Shown: positions 39,411 to 52,300 of the stretch, one piece after another
Numbering within the stretch: position 1 is the first letter of the stretch
How the letters are laid out: each line of letters begins with the position of its first letter
Assembly: GCF_037042905.1 (NCBI RefSeq)
Contig: NC_087252.1
Span: 620,001 to 684,000 of the forward strand
Reading direction: 5' to 3'
Length of the DNA stretch: 64,000 nt
Source: Lytechinus pictus
Taxonomy: Eukaryota
The notes under the pieces: generated by a model
The model's input: only the letters and a program-made list of their open reading frames with translations
The model's database searches: none
What the model was told of the DNA's origin: nothing
Made by a program: the position numbers and the translations under genes

Positions 39411-42400
39411 AGAAAGAAAGCGATGCAGTAGACGATGAAGAAGAAGAACAGATGAATGGAGCAAGAGCAAAAAAAAAGAAAGAGAAGAAGAGGGAGAAGA
39501 AAAAGGAGAAAAAATACAATTAATTGAATTATAAGACATCATGGAATCAGGGCAGTGGCACTATTCTGAAATCAAGTTTAAAATTTCTGGTCATATTCAT
39601 GTTCAGTTAAATCACTTTTTAAAATTCATTGTTTGATGACTCGCATATAAAATAATAACATCTGATTTAGACACGACGGTAAACACATCAACATAATCAT
39701 GTAGACCCCATGTATACACCCCCCCCCAAAAAAAAAAAAAATCAATACCAGTAGCAACTAAAGCCCCAGTCACATATAGACACGGATTCTCACGGATCAA
39801 CACGGCAATGCCGGCATAATCCGGGGAGGTCCGGGATCGTTTTGCCCCGGATTGAGCGTTGATGACTGTAAACACGGTATCTACACGGCATCTTCACACG
39901 GATCTACACGGACCATGCCGGCAGAGCACGTCGTCAACACGGACCAACACGTCAGCAACACGGACCTACACGTCAGCAACACGGACCAACACGTCAGCTA
40001 CACGGACCAACACGTCAGCAACACGGACCAACACGTCAGCTACAAGGACCAACACGGACCAACACGGACCAACACGTCAGCAACACGGACCTACACGTCA
40101 GCAACACGGACCAACACGTCAGCTACACGGACCAACACGTCAGCTTCACGGACCAACACGTCAGCTCAAGGACCAACACGGCAGCTATATTGACCAGCAC
40201 TTCAAATGAAAATCTACTCATAATAATGAGCTGATATTTATTTTATTTTTTATTTTTTCTCATCCTTGTCGCAACATTATATTATGTTGTTTTAAAAAAA
40301 AGATATCAAAACTCAAAACTTCCTTAATCAGTAAAAACGCTGTTTTTTTTAAATACAACACAGTTTACTGTTTTAACAGTAGTTGTTGAGTACTTTAAAT
40401 CTTGAATGATAAATTTAATTTTGATTTGATTTGATATCACTTTATTGAAATCAGAATAAAGGAAAGAAATTTACAAAGTCAATAGAAAACATAATACGAA
40501 TTAAAATAGGCCCAGGTCATGACGCATAACTGTCGATGCAGGGCAGTAGTATGAAACTTAATGTACAATTTCGATGTAACAGGTACATAACAAATACATA
40601 TAACATAAAAAAACAATGAAATGTGAAATAATAATAACAGACAAAGTTGGGGGTAAATATTAGAGAAAAAAAGAGAAAAAGAATTATTAATACATGCACT
40701 AAGTTTACAAATATTAGGTTGGGGCCAATCTCCACAGCGTAAGAAAGTATCCTGAATTATTCAATTATCCATTTAATCATAAATAAATTAAGCATGTTTG
40801 TGCCAACTGTTTAACAACAACTGAAAAGTTCATAAAGTAAATAGCGTTGTAAAGATTTGATGGGGAAAAAGAACACGGACTGCCAAGGATACTCCAGGCA
40901 GCCACACGGACCTACACGGCAGCTACACGGACCTACACGGCAGCCACACGGACCTACACGGCAGCTACATGGACCATCCCGGATGGCTTTGCCAACCCGG
41001 CAGTCCACGGATGACGCCGGATGTTTTTGACAGTCAAAAACTGCCGTGTTGGGGGTCTATATGTGACTGGGGCTTTAAGCCCCAGTCACATATAGACCCC
41101 GGACCACCCCGGACCATCCCGGATTTGATCCGGGGTGGTCCGGGGAGAGATCCGTATTGGCGCCTTGGGCATCCTTGGAGGTCCGGGGTGGTCCGTGTTG
41201 GTCCTTGAACGTCCGGGAGGCCAACACGGCAGTTTTTGACTGTCAAAAACATCCGGCGTCATCCGTGGACTGCCGGGTCGGCAAAGCCATCCGGGATGGT
41301 CCGTGTAGCTGCCGTGTAGGTCCGTGTGGCTGCCGTGTAGGTCCGTGTAGCTGCCGTGTAGGTCCGTGTGGCTGCCTGGAGTATCCTTGGCAGTCCGTGT
41401 TCTTTCTTCCCATGAAATCTTTACAACGCTATTTACTTTATGAACTTTTCAGGAGTTGATAAACAGTTGGCACAAACATGCTTAATTTATTCATGATTAA
41501 ATGGATGATTAAACGATTCAGGATATTTTCTTACGCTTTGGAGATTGGCCCCAACCTAATATTTGTAAACTTAGTGCATGTATGAATAATTCTTTTTCTC
41601 TTTTTTTTTTAAATATTTACCCCAACTTTGTCTGTTATTATTATTTCACATTTCATTTTTCTTAAAATAAATGTTATGTACCTGTAACATCAAAATTGTA
41701 CATTAAGTTTTATACTACTGCCCTGCATCGACAGTTATGCGTCATGACCTGGGCCTATCTTAATTTTTATTATGTTTTCTATTGACTTTGTAAATTTCTT
41801 TCCTTTATTGTGATTTCAATAAAGTGATATCAAATCAAATCGAAATTAAATTTGTCGTTCAAGATTTAAAGTACTTAACAACTACTGTTAAAACAGTAAA
41901 CTGTGTTGTATAAAAAACAGCGTTTTTACTGGTTAAGGAAGTTTTAAGTTTTGATATCTTTTTTAAAAACAATATAATGTTGCGACAAGGATGAGAAAAA
42001 AAATAAATATCAGCTCATTATTATGAGCAGATTTTCATTTGCCGTGCTGGTCAATATAGCTGCCGTGTTGGTCCTTGAGCTGACGTGTTGGTCCGTGTAG
42101 CTGACGTGTTGGTCCGTGTAGCTGACGTGGTGGTCCGTGTTGGTGACGTGTAGGTCCGTGTTGGTGACGTGTTGGTCCTTGTAGCTGACGTGTTGGTCCG
42201 TGTTGCTGACGTGTTGGTCCGTGTTGCTGACGTGTAGGTCCGTGTTGCTGACGTGTAGGTCCGTGTTGACGACGTGCTTTGCCGGCATGGTCCGTGTAGA
42301 TCCGTGTGAAGATGCCGTGTAGATGCCGTGTTTACAGTCATCAACGCTCAATCCGGGGCAAAACGATCCCGGATCTCCCCGGATCATGCCGGCATTGCCG

Positions 42401-43132
42401 TGTTGATCCGTGAGGATCCGTGTCTATATGTGACTGGGGCTTAAGATATCAAAGAGATCCGAAAGAGTTGATGATAAATACCAGTTGTTGTCACGATTTC
42501 AAAATGAGTTCTTACATAATCCAATGAAATGACCATTAAGTGTGTGTATGTATAAATAAGAATTATGTGCTTCTGGACTCTGGAAAAATTTATATTTACT
42601 TAGAAATTGACAAAAATAGGCATGGCATTCCATTAAAATATCAGGGGGTCACAAAGATTTAAGTACTGTATGACGTATATAGCGTTGCAAGAAATCTTAA
42701 ATCTTTGTAAAACAACTCTGGTTTTTTTTTTCTAGTCAATAATAATACACTGTCCCACGTGTATAGTGATCCGAAAGAGTTAAAGTAAATAGCTTACCGT
42801 CGAATGGTTGATTGAGAATAGAGAATACCACGATTAGGAGCTTTGAAGAGTTCTTCAACAAATCGAAAGAATATAATGATGAATTATCATGATATAATAA
42901 TATACAGCACATGCATGATAACAATGAATGATAATAAACTCTAATAAATAGTAATAAATACTACACTACTGCTACTACTAATAATACTACTATTACTACT
43001 ACTGCGACTACTACTACTTCTACTGATACCACTTATAATACTACTACTTCTTCTTCTACTACTACTACTACTGCTGCTACTACTACTACTACTACTACTA
43101 CTAATACTACTTTTACTACATTTACTACTATT

Positions 43133-43166
<34 letters not shown>

Positions 43167-43564
43167 GCTATCATTACTAATACAACTTTATAATCCTATG
43201 ACTATTATCGGAATTATGAAGGCGCTACAATGATGCTTCTTGGAGCATTTTTATCTCTGGCCACTATCTTATACAATCACTGGCATACTGAATGGGGGGG
43301 GGGGGGCCTTTGGGGCCATTGACCCCTCAAATTTACAAGACTAGAAAAATGAAAAAAAGATGGAAAAGTAAAAAAAAAAGTCAAAATGTTATAGTATCAT
43401 GTCAACATCTGCAATCTAAGGTTCAAGTTTTTTCTAAAGACAAAAGTAAAAATAACTCACTCGCTTCGCTCGCTCCCAGATTTTTAGAAATCTTGCCCAA
43501 TGACGTCATATCTGCCCCCTCATTTTTTTTTTTTACTTCATTACGCTTCTGCATTACTTACCAT
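29525..43564 (-). CDS. Secreted EGF + C-type lectin protein, copy B (252-253 aa); coding exons 43564-43562, 42852-42798, 39318(or 39321)-39139, 38398-38291, 31816-31535, 29655-29525
   Basis: Same splice sites as copy A with an open frame. Exon 3 is 87 nt longer. Last exon reads NWGFGQPDNTRDCVVLRMTDGTMHDNRCSNTYTLVCQVIIRET*. Confidence 0.88.
30964..31460. mobile_element. MITE-like element in intron 5 (B; also about 50783-51262 in C; related piece at 16441-16885)
   Basis: Imperfect TIR GGTCACACGGGCCTA...TAGGCCTGTGATACC. Confidence 0.5.
32153..32769. mobile_element. TTAA-flanked MITE (Kolobok-like); copy at 51953-52562
   Basis: TTAA|A(A/G)GGATTGTC...GACCATCCCT|TTAA. Confidence 0.65.
33365..36048. 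mobile_element. Foldback-like DNA element with GGACAATTACCCCC subterminal arrays (B)
   Basis: TIR GGGATCAGGACAACTACCC. 15-18-bp tandem arrays in inverted orientation at 33370-33745 and 35830-36045. Confidence 0.8.
34505..35089. mobile_element. TTAA-flanked MITE (Kolobok-like) nested in the foldback element; copy at 55888-56471
   Basis: TTAA|AGGGGAATCCA...TGGATTCCCCT|TTAA. Confidence 0.75.
36891..37130 (-). mobile_element. tRNA-derived SINE, B-specific
   Basis: Head GGTGGCTCAGTGGTAGAGCACCCGCCTCATGAACGGGAGGTCG (A box present, B box missing), then GTCATACCAAAGAC and a (TTA)n tail. Empty site in C at about 58438. Confidence 0.75.
37237..37798. mobile_element. Kolobok-like MITE; copy at about 58547-59110, partial at about 12540-12925
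   Basis: TTAAAGACCAAGTCTACCCC...GGGGTTGGACTTTTCCTTTA, degenerate TIR. Confidence 0.55.
38610..39109. repeat. (CTA/TTA)n microsatellite, about 500 bp
   Basis: Direct reading. Confidence 0.97.
39762..41074 (+). mobile_element. PIF/Harbinger-type MITE, arm 1 of an inverted dimer
   Basis: TIR AGCCCCAGTCACATATAGAC at both ends; internal 21-bp minisatellite ACACGGACCAACACGTCAGCA. Confidence 0.85.
41078..42441 (-). mobile_element. PIF/Harbinger-type MITE, arm 2 (inverted)
   Basis: Reverse complement of arm 1, with SNPs and an extra about 120 bp at 41101-41220. Outer TSD TAA; empty site AGCAACTAAGATATC in A and C. Confidence 0.85.
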
Positions 43565-45832
43565 GTTGATGAAGGCCCATGTACTTGCCGTGTTCTGTTT
43601 GAAGAATCTGAAGTTTCATTAAAATATGGTAAGCTTTGAATGTCAAGTAAAGCGTTGCAAACTATCATCCTTTTAATAAAATCTAATTCAAGCGCACCTA
43701 ACATTATTATAATCGTCCATCTCAGGGCCACATAGACCGCCCTAATTGCCATACCTCATACATTTATGTAGAATTGCCAAGAGTATCTGCTTGAGAAAGT
43801 GCGCTCTACAGTTAATTCGATATTTGATTAGTTAATTATTTTTCCATTCATTTTTTCTTTTATGCAATTCTACATGGATGGATGGATGGATGCAGAAAGG
43901 AATGAAAATTCCTTTGTTATGATATAATCGGATATCAACATGTTAATCAATCCTTTATGATGCCCAACACAATCAATTGTAAAGAAAAAACATGTATTAT
44001 AAACACAATGACACTGCATGCATTAAAGTAATTTAATAGTGAAGAGCAGTCGAGGTTTCCTCAGAGGTGAGACGAGTTGGCTGCTGCGACAGTTGCATCG
44101 GGCTTTCTTTTAGCTAGCAGGGTTAGGGTTGCAATAGGGCATTATTATCATCAAGGTTTAAGGATAACTTGTTAATTCGTCTACTGCCAACTCGTCCACT
44201 CACCACATGGCCTACCTTCATTTAGTCTAATGTCATTCCCTCCATTAACATTTCGTCTTTCATTCATTTGGTCCAATCATCATTTCCTCTAATCACCTGT
44301 TCATCTATGACAATTTCGTCACATAATCAGTTGGTCTGGTATCCATTTTTCCCCCACTCATTTCGCTCAATTAACACTTAGTCCAATTAGACCAAATGGT
44401 ATATGGATTAAATGGCTATTGGACCAACTGGTAATTAGATGAAATTGTATCTAGACTACGTGGATAGTGGACGAACTGATATTAGGCCAAATGATAGTAG
44501 AAAAGTTGGTAATTGGACGAATTTGCATTAGACCAAATGAAAATAAACCGAAGGGTATAGTGTTAAATGCAGGGTTGAAGTTAGCTGAGCAACTTTTGCC
44601 GGGGCAAGTATCATATAATCAGTTCGTCTGGAACCCAGTACTATCCAATGTATTTGTAGCAAGAAAGGATCGTTACTTGTATCGACTTAATAGATATTGC
44701 TATTAACTTATTTCTAGTGGTGTTAACTCCAACACGTCACCTCCCCCTTTTGTCTTTCTCTCTCTCTTTCTCTAAATTTTATGATGAAGTCTTCTTAAAA
44801 TCAAACAGTGAACAAGGTTCGAGATTTGGAACAGCCTGGTTACTAAATGAATCGTGATTAGTGTTTTTATTGAATCAATATCCAAAATGCGTAAAGTAAG
44901 TCAAAATAGAATAACAAATATCTTCTTTGGTTAACATAGATTACATTTATATTTTTGAACATAATAAATGCAAGATAAATATATTGATAAGAATTAGTAG
45001 CCAGAAAAGACCAAATAGCAATCTCTGCTCTATCATTTTAGCGAAACAATGGTAAGATACAAGTTTTTCATACATGCACATCCTTCACTTTTCAGTTTGA
45101 AATATAAAGATTGAATAGATAAATTATGATAAGGTTAAAATAAAACTTGTATTCATTAAGAGGGTGCGTAACTGACAATTATATGATTTGCACTTATGAA
45201 GAAAGATCAGACAAACAAAACACTGAAAATTTTTATCAACATCGGACAATGAATAACATATAATAACACAATAACATTACAAGACATTTTGAATATTTGC
45301 ATTATTACAGTGAAACAGTTCTATGCAATATATTTTTTGCATATTCAATGAGCAAATTGACGGTGTCATATCCCCGCCTGTTCTTTTATATTTTATTACA
45401 TAAAATAATGTGTATTTATTTGTATTCCTCTAAGAATAAAAAACCTGAATAGACAACTAATTTAATACATTAGTTATTTAGTGCTGCCACTTATACTTTA
45501 TCATAAGGGAGACATATGATACACATATGTATGCAAATGATACAAACAATTATGATTTTATGTAATACCATAAAGCAAAAGGAAAATGGGACATAAAATT
45601 GCTTAACATTAAAATCCTATAATTTTGTTTTTGGTATCAGATTTTCATGAAACTTTCACCATTTTGCTCAATTAATATTACTGTATTTAGTACAGATATC
45701 TTTATTATTAGTCCTGAGCACCCATCTTAGAATATAAGTGAATTTTAATAATACATAAGTATTTGTAAATGTATAGTTCTTAAACAATATAAATTACTGA
45801 AGGATATTCCTTTAAATTTCATCAACTATGGG

Positions 45833-48015
45833 CATGGGTGTCGATCTCGGGGGGGGGGGGGGGGATGGGGGGATATATCCACCCAATATTTCAAGTGGGG
45901 GGGATGGCCTGTATTATCATCCTCCTCAATAATTTAGGGTAGAAAAATTGTAATAATGATGATGAAAAAATGAAAAGTTTGATGATGATTATAGTGATAA
46001 TTATAGTATGCCATCAATCAGTTTGTTTCCCTCGCAATTTGTGTATATTGTTATTAAATAAAACCATTCTTTTCCAGGACTTTTAAACAGATGGGTGGAG
46101 GTTCGAGATGAAAAAATGAAATGTTTATGTACCGGTATATGATATGTTTTAACACATGACATAAAAGGACCCCGACGAAAAACAACTTTTGTTGATAGGG
46201 TATTCAGTTTTGCATTCTATATGAGCACACTCATCTGCTCATGCGGTATGTTAATTTCATTTTAACACATATATTAGCTGATATTACACACTGATGATTC
46301 AAGAAGATGTTGGAGAAATATCATAACATGACAGCTGAGTTTTGATTGTTTTTATGTTTGTTTTTGTTTCATGCACTTATAAAGCATTTAAAACATGTTA
46401 AAATCCAGGGTTAAAATCGTCTAAGGAATGACGGTAAGCCCGATGGCGCACGAGAAGCCACACAGTTTGTCATTTGTTCTAGTCTTAATTTGTCCGAATC
46501 TGCATTTTATCATCATGCATTAAGAAGAAACAAGATATTACCAGTCGGGTTAGATTTAAGAGAGAAGTTGTATACATCATGCTCAATAAACAGATCACTT
46601 TGTACATGGTCGAGACAATTTTTGTCATTTGTTCTTTCGTATGAGTTTAGAATAGGCTCACTCAGAGGGGTAACTACGGGGGGCATGGGGGGGGGGGGCA
46701 CATGCCCCCCAATCGGCTGACAAAAAAAACGAGGAAAAGGAGAAAAAGAGGGAGAGAGGAAGGGAAATGTAATGGGAACGAAGAAATCATTGTTCATTAT
46801 GATGTTACATTATACTATAATTCTGTTATATTACATAAGACGCATTTTTTCATAACTTTATGAAAAATAATTTGATTAGGGCCCATGTCTTTATTGTTCC
46901 TGGTGCTCACATTGTCTGTTTAACTTAAACGAGATATATAATCCTGTGGTACTAAAACCTCCTGTTTTCAATAAACTTCCTCGCACTTCGAATTATTATT
47001 TTATGTGCAATAGTATGCTTCTTTTCATGACTACTTAAAGTGATTGCCACATTTTAATGTCTTAATATAAAACCTTTCCTGTCCGTGCTTATGTTCGCAT
47101 TAGTGGATTGGTGAGATATGTCTGCTCTCCATGAATTCCTAGAATCAGTCCTTAAAATGTCCCTTTTTCTGATCTCAATATAAAAAAATTTCAGGTCGCG
47201 CTTCGCGCTCACATCATTTGGTTAATGAAATACGTATGGTCTTAGTGAATTCCTACAAACAAGATTTAGAATGCCCCTTTTCAGGTCTGAATTTCCTAAA
47301 TTTTCAACTCGCGCTTCGCGCTCGTAATATTTGATTATTGAGATGCGTATGTTAATAATCATGATTACAATGACTTCAAGTGCTTCATGTGTAATTCTAA
47401 CAAAATCAGCAAGCGCTAAGCACTCGCATTAGATGACTGTGGTGAGATATGTAGTGGATTCCTTAAATATAGTCCTTAAAATCTCCCTGTTTGGGGTCAA
47501 TATATACAAAAATTTCAGCTCGCGCTTCGCGCTCGCATTGTTTAGCGAGACAGGTAGGTATCATGATTACAAAAAGTTGATTATAATGTCCCTTTTTACG
47601 TCCGAATATAACAAAATTAAGCTCGCGCTTCGCGCATGCATTATTTCACCAGTGAGAAACATATCTGTTTAATATACGGCACTGTCCTTAAAGTGTGTCT
47701 ATTAGGTCAGTATACCTGGCAACTGAGCGCGCTTCGCGCGCTCACTAAGTGACTCAAAATTTTTGCTGGTGCCCCCCAATGCCATGACCCACGGTACGCC
47801 ACTGGGTTTACTTCTAACACAAATTGAATTTTAAAAAAATTATATAAATACATTACACTGCAACAATGAAGGAATTTCCTAGAACACCATGCATATCAAC
47901 CACTCCCAAATGTCCTAATTTGTGATTTTAGTGGGTGTAATATTGAAAGATCCCCATCCACAAGAATATTTGTGTCAATCATCCCCCCAACCAAGAATAC
48001 CGATCGACACCCATG
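45833..48015. mobile_element. Non-autonomous hAT-like element, C-specific
   Basis: TIR CATGGGTGTCGATC and perfect 8-bp TSD ACTATGGG. Empty sites at about 498 and about 18542. Confidence 0.9.
46663..47804. mobile_element. Older hAT-like MITE nested in 45833-48015
   Basis: CAGAGGGGTAAC...GGTACGCCACTG, degenerate TSD GGCTCACT/GGTTTACT, repeated CTCGCGCTTCGCGCTCG motifs. Confidence 0.65.
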
Positions 48016-49378
48016 ACTATGGGTAATAAATAACGATTCAATTTCAATTCAATTCTTTATTTCATTTCCATTCAAAGATAGTTTACAGTAATATTCGTAA
48101 ATCAAACCAACATTCTACATCAGATCAAATTCAGCTCCATGTAGCCATTTCTGAAAGATGACGCGAAATATTCCATATACATATATTCATTGTATTTCAG
48201 TTATTGACCGCGTGCCTCTAAACCCATCCCATTGACCTGTGATTTTTTTCATCGTAGAAAATTGTTCCGCCAATTCGTCGTTTAAGGTCACCTTACGACC
48301 TTACGAAGTTCCGATTTTGGAACATTTGGAACAAATTGCAATTTGTGCATTTTCTGAAAATGTGAATAAAAAATACATTTTATTTAAGTTTAATTAGCTG
48401 TAATAACCTCAATATAACAATTTTGAAAGATTGAAAGCCTTTACATTTAGAAAAGGCAAAATTCGTTTCAAATTGTAGCCAATCGTACGATTGCTATGAG
48501 GTCTTTACGCTTTTATTTCAATAAGGATTATATCATAGTTACATATTTGAGCATAGGTATTTGTATGAGGATTTAGAACATTACACAGTAAAATATCCCA
48601 TCCTTCAATACGCATCATTATCAGATAAAATTATTTAGTTTATTTTGACAAGATGGTCGATGGTTTGACAAAAAGATTAATGTAAATTATATGTAATAAA
48701 ATAACACGTAAAGTAAACTCATCTAAATTATATAGAAATCAGCGTTGTCTTAATTCGTTCTACAGGAAATTTGCACTATGTCCTTAGTACCCCCAATCAT
48801 CTTCAAGACAACTATGAATAAATAAGAATGCATCATATCTAGAAATAATTTTGAACAAACAAACTGCGTGGCTTTTCATTCTTGTGGTCGATTGGATCGA
48901 TCAAAACTGTTTTGAAGATGGGATGCGATTTTTCCCCCGTCAATACTTATACAGCAGACGCGAGAGGGCACATTATACAACAGCCATGACGTCATCGCCT
49001 CATTAATATTCATGGCGACACGAATAGTTATAATATAGTGACCTTTCAACCCATCGATCAGCTTGATTGTTGTGTCTTAATCAGATCAGTAAGCCACACC
49101 CATCAATCAACTTGATTGGTGTGTCTTAATCAATAAGCCGATCCTGCAGTTGAGTTGACTCGGGATCATGTCTTGCCTTTTTAAGGAATTTTCTTTAAAC
49201 TAAAAATTGAGGCAAGACTCAAGTCCATTATTTATAGTCTGATTTAGAACTTCCCAAACAGCCCCCTCTCGTGTCGGTTGCACAAGTACTGACAGAAGAA
49301 TATCGCAGACAGGACCTAGCATGACCATGATGACAAGTCTTCTATATATATTTGAATAAAATCACTTTTTTACTGCTA

Positions 49379-52300
49379 CTATGTCTCCCTTATGATGACT
49401 TGGCATACCAATGTATATGTATTACTGCATCGATTATCATGCATCGTACCGTCTGTCATTATTAAAACCACGCAATCTCTGGTATTGTCAGGTTGGCCAA
49501 AGCCCCAGTCTATAAAGGTATAATAAAAGACAAAGATATTTATCAGCAAATTATGTCATGCTGATGATCAACTTCGCTCGAATCGCTTTCACATTTTCCA
49601 TTAGGATGAGCACATAGTTAACTTTCCAGATAAAAGTACGTTGTAAACTTGTTCAAAAGATTTGGTTCACTTTTGATTTTTTTGTTACCATACAATATGT
49701 GGAGAAGCTGCTCACATATGATGTCACTAATTTAAAAATAAAAATTATTTTAACTTTTTAAAACTGTAATTGACTTTCCTCAAACCTTTGATTATTTATT
49801 TGTATTACAATATTTTTTTTGTCAGGGTGAACTTTTCTATTTAAAGCTTAGTTTATCTTAACATATCATTATCGTTTAATTAGCTCTAAAATTAACTTTT
49901 CGGAACTTGACAAAGGAGATATTTCCTTTGAACCAGAAAATAATTAACAATATAAAAAAAAACATGGTCAATGAATGCGTATGAAGCCTGAAGTTGGATT
50001 TAGGGTTTAACTCTAAAACGACCAAGAGGCGGTTGAATCCTCATTATTATCATCATCATCCTCGTTAAAAGTATGAACCTATATTTCTATTCTGCTTTAC
50101 AAAGGGTTAATTAATTTAATGAATTTTATTCCTGAGTTGTCATTTTTTTCAACCAATCTGCTTCTAATGGCAATATTCTCCTGCAAACAGTAAATGTCAA
50201 AATTATTTGGTTGTAGATCATATTTGTTTAGAATTACTTTATTCAGTCCTTTTTTCTTCATGATTCAAGCAAAAAAAACCCGTAATATATCATGTTATGT
50301 AATGAAAGATATATTTATACGAATATTATGAATGCAGAAGAAAGCAATAAACCAAATCAAATCAAATCCCCAAACTCGAAATTCATTGGACGCGCCACTC
50401 AGTCTGACCCCTTATACCAAAATGCGACTCCAGGGTACGCGGTTGCGAAATAACGCAACATTATGTGAGTAACTGTCAGATCCAAAATTGCCCCAAACGT
50501 ATTTTTTAATAAAAAGTCAATTGGGTAGTTCTTGCATCCAGATATGCACACTATGCATATCTACAATTTTGCATTATAGGATTTTGGGCCCTACATTGCA
50601 TCCATTGTTGAACTACATATAGGCAGGTCTAAATCCATAGGGCACTAGACATATAGGAGTAACATTAAAATTGGTCATTACATAACACATATGTTCATGC
50701 GTTTCTTTGTGATAAAGTGAGTGTACAGATGTTAAAGAAAAGCCAGGAAGGTAATTTAAAAAGAAACCTTCATGTGCCATAAAGGTCACACGGGCCTAAC
50801 TACAACTGACAGGCCAAAGATATCCATTCGAGCCAACCCATAGCTCAATTTTTAAATTTGATATTGCTGATTGACAAAAATAACAATCTAACACTGATTC
50901 TACGGAGGGTACCCACTGAACTTCCTTTTTTCCAAATTGGAAAGATATATCACCACTTTGGATCTGTTTTTTTTTACTAGCAGAATAATTAGGGCCATTT
51001 ACTCTCTCAAGTGATGAATTTGTGTGTGTGTATTTGAGTATCTATTTGATCCTGTCAGGTGTAGTCTTCATAAATGCCGATTTATTTTTAAAATGAGCCG
51101 GTCGAGGTACCCTTTTCAGGTCAGATATGGAAAGTCAGACAGATATTCTGTCCACTGGTAGTAAACATTCAACCCTCAATTTCCTCCTTATTTGTTATGA
51201 TTTTTGTTAAAGTGCCACTTTAACACACGAGTCTATGGGAAATAAATTAGGCCTGTGATACCCCCGGGTTCTTAGAAACGAACATAGAGGGCAGCATCAC
51301 GTTGCTTCCTTCTACGCTCGTTGGATTTTACTTACTTCGGTAGTAAGTTTGTGTGTCTTGTTTGTCGGTGTAGCAGTGGTATGATCCGCTTATTCTTATA
51401 CAGTTCAACCAGACCCATCCATTGGTAACGTGAGTCTTTAAGATGACGTACTCTTCATCACTCTCAACGGAGACTAGGGAAGGGTCCTCCGTCATCCCGT
51501 TACCCATGGCAACAGCATCCAAACTATTACAGTGGTTTTTAGCTGCTTGGTAAGACGCGGATGAGGATGTTACCAGGAAACATTTGGTGCCCGCATACTC
51601 CCAATCGGCTGGACACACTTGATGAAAGGATAAAAAACATGGATCACACAATTCATGTAACAGACTATATCTATTTATTTATTTATTTATCTATTCCACT
51701 TTTGAAACAAATAACATAATAAACATAACAAATGATATCAAGTTCCCAGAAAATAATGGAGTAGAAAAAGAATAAAAATAAAAATAGTAAGATAAAATGA
51801 AAATGAAAAAAAGACGGAGGGGGGGGGGTTCAAGGGATAAATAATAGAGAGTATAAGAAAGAAAGAATAGAAAAACATAATTAGAATTATGATTTTTTTT
51901 TGCAGTCATCAGTACGATCCAGCCTTGTACCTCTCTAAAAGGTACAACTTAAAGGGATTGTCTAGGCTGGAGATATTTATATCTTAAAACAATTAATAGA
52001 GTAAAATTTACAGAGCAAAATGGTGAAAATTTGATCAAAATCGGATAACAAATAAAGTTATTGAATTTTAAAGATTTGCATTATTTCGGTGAAACAGTTC
52101 TAGGCATGTCTTCATAAATATATTCATTGGGTGGGCTGATGATGTCATATCTCCACTTGTTCTTTTGTATTTTATTATATGAAATTGGGTTTATTCAAAA
52201 AAAATTCTACCAAGAACTAAAACAATTGGATTGAAAACTGATTAAGTGCTTTAGTTATTTATTGCCGCAACTTATTTCATCATAATGGAGACACATCATT

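Larger units (their letters stand above)
18045..45326. repeat. Tandem segmental duplication unit B (expanded by TE insertions)
   Basis: Colinear with units A and C; same gene and shared MITEs. Confidence 0.95.

Noticed and set aside
39852..42387. ORFs with TRTNTSA/DQHVSNT repeats; 21-bp repeats superficially CRISPR-like
   Set aside because: A minisatellite inside MITEs; no unique spacers, no cas genes, eukaryotic context.
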